From Phycisphaerae bacterium (GTDB taxonomy: Bacteria > Planctomycetota > Phycisphaerae > SM23-33): a DNA stretch of 64,000 nucleotides. The translations under genes were made by a program, and so were the position numbers. The notes beneath the pieces are model-generated. The model made no database searches. It was given only the letters and a program-made list of their open reading frames with translations, and was not told the DNA's origin. The DNA lies in NCBI GenBank assembly GCA_011050235.1, contig DRGC01000021.1, positions 6,081-70,080 of the forward strand. Direction: 5' to 3'. Within the stretch, counting starts at the first letter, position 1, and every line of letters starts with the position of its first letter. Positions 58,710 through 64,000 of the stretch are shown here, piece after piece.

Positions 58710-60105
58710 TTCGGTGATAGGTCCATCGGCGGCGGGCGTTGAGATAGCTGAAGGCCTGCTCGGTCCTGACCGTGACGGGCTCGACGGCGAAGGCGGTTCG
58801 CACCTGTTGCCGCCGGCGGACGTCGTGAAAAACCAGCACGCGCCGCGGGTCCTTTCTTGTGTCGGTCGCCTCCATCAGCACGACGGCGTTGATGACGCTG
58901 TCGCCGCGCTTGGGCACGTGCGTGAATACGCGCACCTCCCGCACCGCCCCGCTGGACAGCGGAAATGCGAACAGCCGCGCCATCGAGTACGTCATCCCCT
59001 CGAACCGCATCTCCACCGCCCCCTCGCCGATCGGGTCGAACGTGACGATTGTCTGGTTCGTCTCGGGCGATTCGGGCATCAGGACGATCCGGGTGCCGCC
59101 GCGGAACACAAGCGTCGGCTGGAGGACGATGGCCTTGGCGACGCGGACCTCCTTGCCCGGAAGGACGTGGATGTCGATCGTCAGCACCGACCGACCACCC
59201 AGCCGCCGCAGGCCCAGCTCGATCTTGTCGATCTTGTCCCACTGGCCGATCAGTTGCTGGAAGAAGTGGACGCTTTTCGGCCCCCAGGACGAGATCATGC
59301 GGACAATCTTGGCCGTCTTGCCTTCGCCCACCGACGGCGGGGCCTTGCCGACCGCATCGGCGAGCAGCTCATCGAGCGCTAACTGCAGCGTGTCCATCCG
59401 GTCGGCCTGGCGCATCACACTGACCAGTCCCGCGCGCAGGTCGGGCGGCAGTTGTCGTCCGGCCAGGTCGAAGCTCACCTTCAGCGCTAACTGCGTCAGC
59501 ACGGTGCGCAGGCGGCCTACATCGTCGGCCGTCAGGTCGCCCAGCAGGCTGCCGTCGGCGTTCTCGTTGATGTAGAGCGCCAGCATTTTCAGCAGCGGAC
59601 CGGCGGCCAGGCCGGTTGGGTCCTTGCCCATCTCCCCCGTCTCGTCGAGGTCGTCGAGGCTGACCATCCGGGCGATCTTCTCGACCTGAACGAGCGTCTT
59701 GGCCATCGTCTCGGCCCAGCGCTCGCTATGCCCGCTGCGGGAGGCATCGGTGAGTTTCGCCAGGCCCGCCAGCATCTCGCCGACCATGTCCAGCAGGTTG
59801 ACCATCGCCTCGGCGTGGACGGGGCTGACGGCGAAGGATATCTCCTTGGGCTGGGTCTCCAGCTCGTCCAGCGCGCGGACAATGGTGACGGTCGACCAGA
59901 TCACGCTGGGGTGTTGGTGAATGGTCCACTTGGCGGGGAAGCGTCGCCCGGCGATGGTCGGCTGGACATACTCGGCCGCGGCGGCGACGTTCTCGCTGAG
60001 CGACCAGGCCGCATCCAACTCGCCCTCGGCCAGCGGTTGGCTGGGGATGCAGCCGCTTGCGACGGCGGCTGCGAGACATGCGATAACCAGCGGGGCGACT
60101 TTCAT
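58687..60105 (-). CDS. Hypothetical lipoprotein
   Basis: 472-aa ORF, lipobox VASGC, co-oriented with 60130-61095. Confidence 0.7.
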   Translation of the reverse strand: MKVAPLVIACLAAAVASGCIPSQPLAEGELDAAWSLSENVAAAAEYVQPTIAGRRFPAKWTIHQHPSVIWSTVTIVRALDELETQPKEISFAVSPVHAEAMVNLLDMVGEMLAGLAKLTDASRSGHSERWAETMAKTLVQVEKIARMVSLDDLDETGEMGKDPTGLAAGPLLKMLALYINENADGSLLGDLTADDVGRLRTVLTQLALKVSFDLAGRQLPPDLRAGLVSVMRQADRMDTLQLALDELLADAVGKAPPSVGEGKTAKIVRMISSWGPKSVHFFQQLIGQWDKIDKIELGLRRLGGRSVLTIDIHVLPGKEVRVAKAIVLQPTLVFRGGTRIVLMPESPETNQTIVTFDPIGEGAVEMRFEGMTYSMARLFAFPLSSGAVREVRVFTHVPKRGDSVINAVVLMEATDTRKDPRRVLVFHDVRRRQQVRTAFAVEPVTVRTEQAFSYLNARRRWTYHRIKELVPR

Positions 60106-60129
60106 GGTTGGCCTCGTCGTCGGCGCGCG

Positions 60130-61095
60130 TCAGCGATTAGCCTTGTCGGTGCGGAGACGCTGGGCGGTCTCGCGCAGTTGGCGTTCGGTGCGGTCGCGGG
60201 GGAACTCGGTCCCGTCAAAAAGCGCTTTGGCGATCTGGTCCCACGAGGTGACCACCTGGACGGCGTTGTCCAGGTCGCGAAGATCGTTCGCCAGGTCCTC
60301 GTAGGGCTCGTGAACGTCGGTGTCTGGTATCCGGACGATCAGGAACGCCTTCAGCCCGTTGTCGTGGTAGGCGGCGGCGTCGGAGATCTTGTCGCCGATG
60401 CCGATCGTCAGGCCCTCGAACTTGACCCGCAGGTCCCACAGCGCGTCGGTCTTATAGCTGCCGCTACCCTTGAAGAACCCCGTCAGCGTCGACAGCAGCA
60501 CCGGCCCCGGCGGATAGCCGTGACGCTTGAGCCACTTCTTGCTCTTGATCGAGAAGTAGTCGGGCCGGTGGGTGAGGTAGAGGATCGTATACGTCCGGGC
60601 CAGCCTTTCGAGCACGTCGACCGAGCCGGCCATGGGGTCGGGGTCGCCGATGAGGACCGCCCCGAACCCCGAGGCGACGATGGTCTTGTCCAGGTCGACC
60701 ACGACCATGGGCGAGTCGATATTGCGACAGGCCACCAGCAACTCTTGCGGCTCGGGCGGCTCGTCGGGCATGCCGGCGGGGGCGACATCGGCGCGGAAAC
60801 GATAATCGCCCGCCTGGTCGGGTGTGAACGAGACGATCGCGACGCCGTCGTCGTCGGTTTCGGCAGCCTTGAACAACTGGTCGTTGCGGTAAAACCGCAC
60901 GACCTGGCCCGCCATAGGCCGAAGCGCGTCACCGCCCTGCAGACGCGCGCGGAGCTGCACTTCCTGGTTCGGCAGTGTGATGGCGTCGGCGGCGATGAAC
61001 AGGTAATCGGACTCGGTGCCAAGCAACCAGCGCTGAGTGCCGCACCCGCCCCCCGACGCACTAACGAGCAGAAGCAAGGTAAGCAGTCGCTTCAT
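60130..61095 (-). CDS. LNS2/PITP-like HAD-superfamily phosphatase lipoprotein
   Basis: GGGC lipobox, Ig-like N-domain, VVDLDKT (DxDxT), YLTHRP, PPGPV, GIGDK.SD..AY. Confidence 0.8.
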   Translation of the reverse strand: MKRLLTLLLLVSASGGGCGTQRWLLGTESDYLFIAADAITLPNQEVQLRARLQGGDALRPMAGQVVRFYRNDQLFKAAETDDDGVAIVSFTPDQAGDYRFRADVAPAGMPDEPPEPQELLVACRNIDSPMVVVDLDKTIVASGFGAVLIGDPDPMAGSVDVLERLARTYTILYLTHRPDYFSIKSKKWLKRHGYPPGPVLLSTLTGFFKGSGSYKTDALWDLRVKFEGLTIGIGDKISDAAAYHDNGLKAFLIVRIPDTDVHEPYEDLANDLRDLDNAVQVVTSWDQIAKALFDGTEFPRDRTERQLRETAQRLRTDKANR

Positions 61096-61249
61096 GAGGT
61101 AGCTCCCACGCGGTCGGCGCTAGTATAGCGCCGCCGCCGGGCCAGGTCAACGAGCGGCGGGGAAGATGTTTTGCGATTGCTCGCCGCCGGCGCAGGTCTT
61201 ACGATGTGGCCGTCTGAGATCGTCGCGCCCCTCTCTCCCGGGTGATGCC

Positions 61250-62161
61250 ATGCGAAGAAACGTTCGGCAGATCATCGTGTGCTGTCTGGCCATGGCGGCT
61301 GGGGTCGGCTGCAGAGCGCCGGTCCTGTCGATCATTCACGTCCTGCCGGCGGCCGTGCCCCTCGACGCCGATGTCGCTGCGCTAAACGTCGAGACCTTCA
61401 CGCTCCGCGAGGGGCGAAACGAGGAACTGGCCCTATTCTTGGCGCAGGTGCTGCAGCTTCGCCTGGCTGAATATGCCGAGCGCAGGGGCCGCGATCCCCT
61501 CGGCCTGTCGGCGACCGTTGGCGGGGAGATCCACGTGGTCATCACCAACACCGAAGCGCAGCGCCCGATCCGCGTTTGGGACCCCGCCAGGGGCCAGGCG
61601 ACCACGCAGATCGCCCCGAGCTTGGTCCGCCAGGCGGAGGTGATCGTCGTGTTTGCCATCGGGCGAGGAGGTCCGAGCAGAGAGCCGGTGAAGGTCGAGG
61701 TGCGCCGGTCGTACGATTCGCGCAACGACCCGGCCGTCTGGGGCCCGTTGGGGCTGGCTCGCCCCGACGATCCGGCCGGCGTACCCGAGGCCGACGACAT
61801 CGTTCACACGCTTCTGATCGAGTGCGCCGATGCGCTGGTGGCGATGATCCAGCCGCTGGAGATCCATGTCGAACTGCCCATGCGGTGGACGCGCGGCCCG
61901 GGCGCATCCGCCGGTCTGGCCGCGGCCAGGCGAGGCGAATACATCCGGGCGGCGGAGCATTTTCAGTGGGCGGCGGCCAATCGCGGCGAGAGCGTGAAGG
62001 TGCTGTTCGACTTGGCGGCTGTGGCCGAGGCAGGGGGGCAACTGAGCCTGGCGCTGGAGAACTATCGCAAGGTGGCCGAGTTGACGGAGAATGAGGACCG
62101 CCCGGCCATCGAGGGGGCCGAGCGCGTCGATCGGATCATGCGCCGGTTGTCGGCCCCGTAA
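61250..62161 (+). CDS. Lipoprotein with C-terminal TPR-like repeats
   Basis: MRRNVR..AGVGC lipobox, C-terminal GEY..A..F..A / LFDLA..E..G....A...Y helices. Confidence 0.7.
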   Translation: MRRNVRQIIVCCLAMAAGVGCRAPVLSIIHVLPAAVPLDADVAALNVETFTLREGRNEELALFLAQVLQLRLAEYAERRGRDPLGLSATVGGEIHVVITNTEAQRPIRVWDPARGQATTQIAPSLVRQAEVIVVFAIGRGGPSREPVKVEVRRSYDSRNDPAVWGPLGLARPDDPAGVPEADDIVHTLLIECADALVAMIQPLEIHVELPMRWTRGPGASAGLAAARRGEYIRAAEHFQWAAANRGESVKVLFDLAAVAEAGGQLSLALENYRKVAELTENEDRPAIEGAERVDRIMRRLSAP

Positions 62162-62188
62162 CCGGCGGCATCCCTGGCCGCCCCGGCG

Positions 62189-63046
62189 TCACTCGCCGGC
62201 GCCTACCGTTTCGATGAGCAGTTTGTGCATCTGCGCGAACCGGTCCGTATCGGGATCCCGCTCCGTTGACGTGAAGCCCGCGTAGGCGTCATCGGTCTCG
62301 ATCATGCCCTTGGCGTCGGCGATTCGCTCGCCGCTGGCGGGGTGGCTCGAGAACAGTTGGTCCAGCATGCCGGGCTCGCTCTCCTTCAGATTCAGCAGGA
62401 CCGTCAGCAGTTCGACCATCCCCCAGGGGTTGTAACCGGCCCGCGTCATGTATTCCATGCCGTACTTGTCGGCCTCGAGTTCATCCTTGCGGCTGTAACT
62501 CATTGAGGCCATTGTCGCAACGACTTCTGTGACGGCCTCCGCGGCGCCGGCGTTCTCGCCGGCCATGCTCCCGGCGATCTTGATCAGCAGGGCCGTGCCC
62601 ATCTGTCGCTGCATGCCCATGACGTTGTGCATCGCGGCGACGTGGGCGGTTTCGTGGCCCAGCACGGCCGCCAGTTGGCGCTCGTTGCTCATCAGCCGCA
62701 TCAGCCCGGCGGTGACGAAGATCTTCCCGCCCGGCAGGGCGAACGCGTTGGGAACATCGGACTTTACGAGCGTGTACTCGTAGGGCATCTGGCGATCGGA
62801 GACGGCGGCGAGCTTGTTGCCCACCATGCGAACGTAAGCCAGCAGTTGCTCGTTAGGCACGCGCCCGCCGAACTCCTCCTCGAACTTCGGGGCGGCCTCG
62901 ACGCCCATGGCGATCTCCTGGTCCTGGGAGATGAAGATGGGCATCGGCTTACCGGTGGCCGGGTTGGTGGTGCAGCCGCCGACGAACAGGGATGCCGACA
63001 AGACGGCCAGTGCGGCACGTGCTCCAATGGACAAGCGTCTGGACAT
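62189..63046 (-). CDS. M48-family Zn metallopeptidase lipoprotein
   Basis: GCTTNPATG, NAFALPGG, HETAH (HExxH), YSRKDELEAD, SSHP. Confidence 0.93.
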   Translation of the reverse strand: MSRRLSIGARAALAVLSASLFVGGCTTNPATGKPMPIFISQDQEIAMGVEAAPKFEEEFGGRVPNEQLLAYVRMVGNKLAAVSDRQMPYEYTLVKSDVPNAFALPGGKIFVTAGLMRLMSNERQLAAVLGHETAHVAAMHNVMGMQRQMGTALLIKIAGSMAGENAGAAEAVTEVVATMASMSYSRKDELEADKYGMEYMTRAGYNPWGMVELLTVLLNLKESEPGMLDQLFSSHPASGERIADAKGMIETDDAYAGFTSTERDPDTDRFAQMHKLLIETVGAGE

Positions 63047-63077
63047 GGCTCGACCCTTTCCGGTCTGTCAAACGATG

Positions 63078-64000
63078 CTATGCATGGATTATGTCGGCGA
63101 CGGTGAGATTTTCAATGCCCGCCTCGCTTCGGGCCAGCACGCTTTGAACGGCGCGGGCGATTTCCGGCTGACCCGGCGGGGTCTGCGGGTCGGCATACGC
63201 GCAGTCGACACGCAGAATATCGGCCACGCGCGTGTGGTCGGCGGGCGTGGCGGGCAGGTAGGCGCGGGTGTCGGCGACGCGATAGATCATCCCCGCCGAC
63301 GTCAGCCGCCTCAGCAGGCCGTCGACGGCGTCCCTCGGCCCGGCCAGCATCGCCGCAACGTCATCGGCCGAGACCGGGCCTGATTGGGCGGCGTTGATGC
63401 GGGCGACGGCAACGACGGCTGCGAGCATGTCCCAAGGCCCCCACAGGTGCGCGCGGTCCTGCTCGGCGTAGGCCATTCGGTCCAGGTTGGCGGCCGTGTG
63501 CGCCAGTTGTGCGCCGAACAGGAAGATCCACCACGACGCGTTCAGCCACATCAGGAATAGCGGAATCAGCCCCAACGCGCCGTAGACGCTTCTGCCGGCG
63601 ACGTGTCCGACGTACAGCACCAGCGCCCAGCGGGCGACCAGCCATAATGGAAAGGCCACGGCCGCCCCTGTCGCCGCCGCCCGTAGCGGCACGCGCGTGT
63701 TGGGCATGAGCTGATAGACAAACGTCAACACCCCGGCGCCTACGATCAGCCCGGCGATCCACCCCAGCGGGCCCATCATCCAGCCGATCACGGGAACGCC
63801 CTGGACGGCTTGGCCCGCCTTGTCGGCCGCCAGCGACGCCAGCAGCACCAGCAGCGGCGCCAATGTCAGCACTGACCAGTACAGCAGCACGCGCCGCCCC
63901 GGCGAGCGGGCGCGGGGGGCCTCAAAGATGCGGTTGAGGCTCCGCTCGACCGTCATCAACAGCGCCAGCGCCGTCCAGATCAGCAGCGCTACGCCGACGG
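63078..64000 (-). CDS. YihY/virulence factor BrkB-family membrane protein with C-terminal winged-helix-like extension (5' end outside window)
   Basis: VERSLNRIF, YWSVLTL.P, Y.LMPNTRV, YGALGLIPLFLMWL..SW.I.LFGA. Confidence 0.9.
   Translation of the reverse strand, partial: VGVALLIWTALALLMTVERSLNRIFEAPRARSPGRRVLLYWSVLTLAPLLVLLASLAADKAGQAVQGVPVIGWMMGPLGWIAGLIVGAGVLTFVYQLMPNTRVPLRAAATGAAVAFPLWLVARWALVLYVGHVAGRSVYGALGLIPLFLMWLNASWWIFLFGAQLAHTAANLDRMAYAEQDRAHLWGPWDMLAAVVAVARINAAQSGPVSADDVAAMLAGPRDAVDGLLRRLTSAGMIYRVADTRAYLPATPADHTRVADILRVDCAYADPQTPPGQPEIARAVQSVLARSEAGIENLTVADIIHA

Overview
High-GC chromosomal window, most likely from a Planctomycetota (Phycisphaerae-like) genome. This is inferred from the groEL-groES-groEL-dnaJ-grpE-FmdB order, DUF1559-like pilin-type proteins, a PEP-CTERM protein and 6S RNA upstream of rny. 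Most genes are housekeeping: moxR, ribE, pdxA, HIT-dgt, chaperones, mutS, parB with three perfect parS sites, asnB, dimeric dUTPase, HtrA, hflX, rny and ispG. Accessory modules include an MNT-HEPN toxin-antitoxin pair and an ArsR-controlled CoA-persulfide reductase/rhodanese operon. There is also a cytoplasmic HydABC-like formate dehydrogenase operon with fdhD and a WtpABC tungstate transporter, and a run of six predicted lipoproteins that includes three phosphoesterase-type enzymes. The least explained signals are: (1) a PEP-CTERM FGE/C-type-lectin gene with a DGR-like variable region and a riboswitch-like leader, (2) an ECF sigma gene collapsed by a microhomology deletion, (3) a repeat-flanked orphan ORF inside the chaperonin operon, (4) a sigma-54 promoter ahead of groEL, (5) several apparently leaderless genes and (6) a structured, gene-free region between hflX and rny. 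I saw no CRISPR array, rRNA, tRNA, transposase, integrase or reverse transcriptase. All family assignments come from motif recognition, not database searches.
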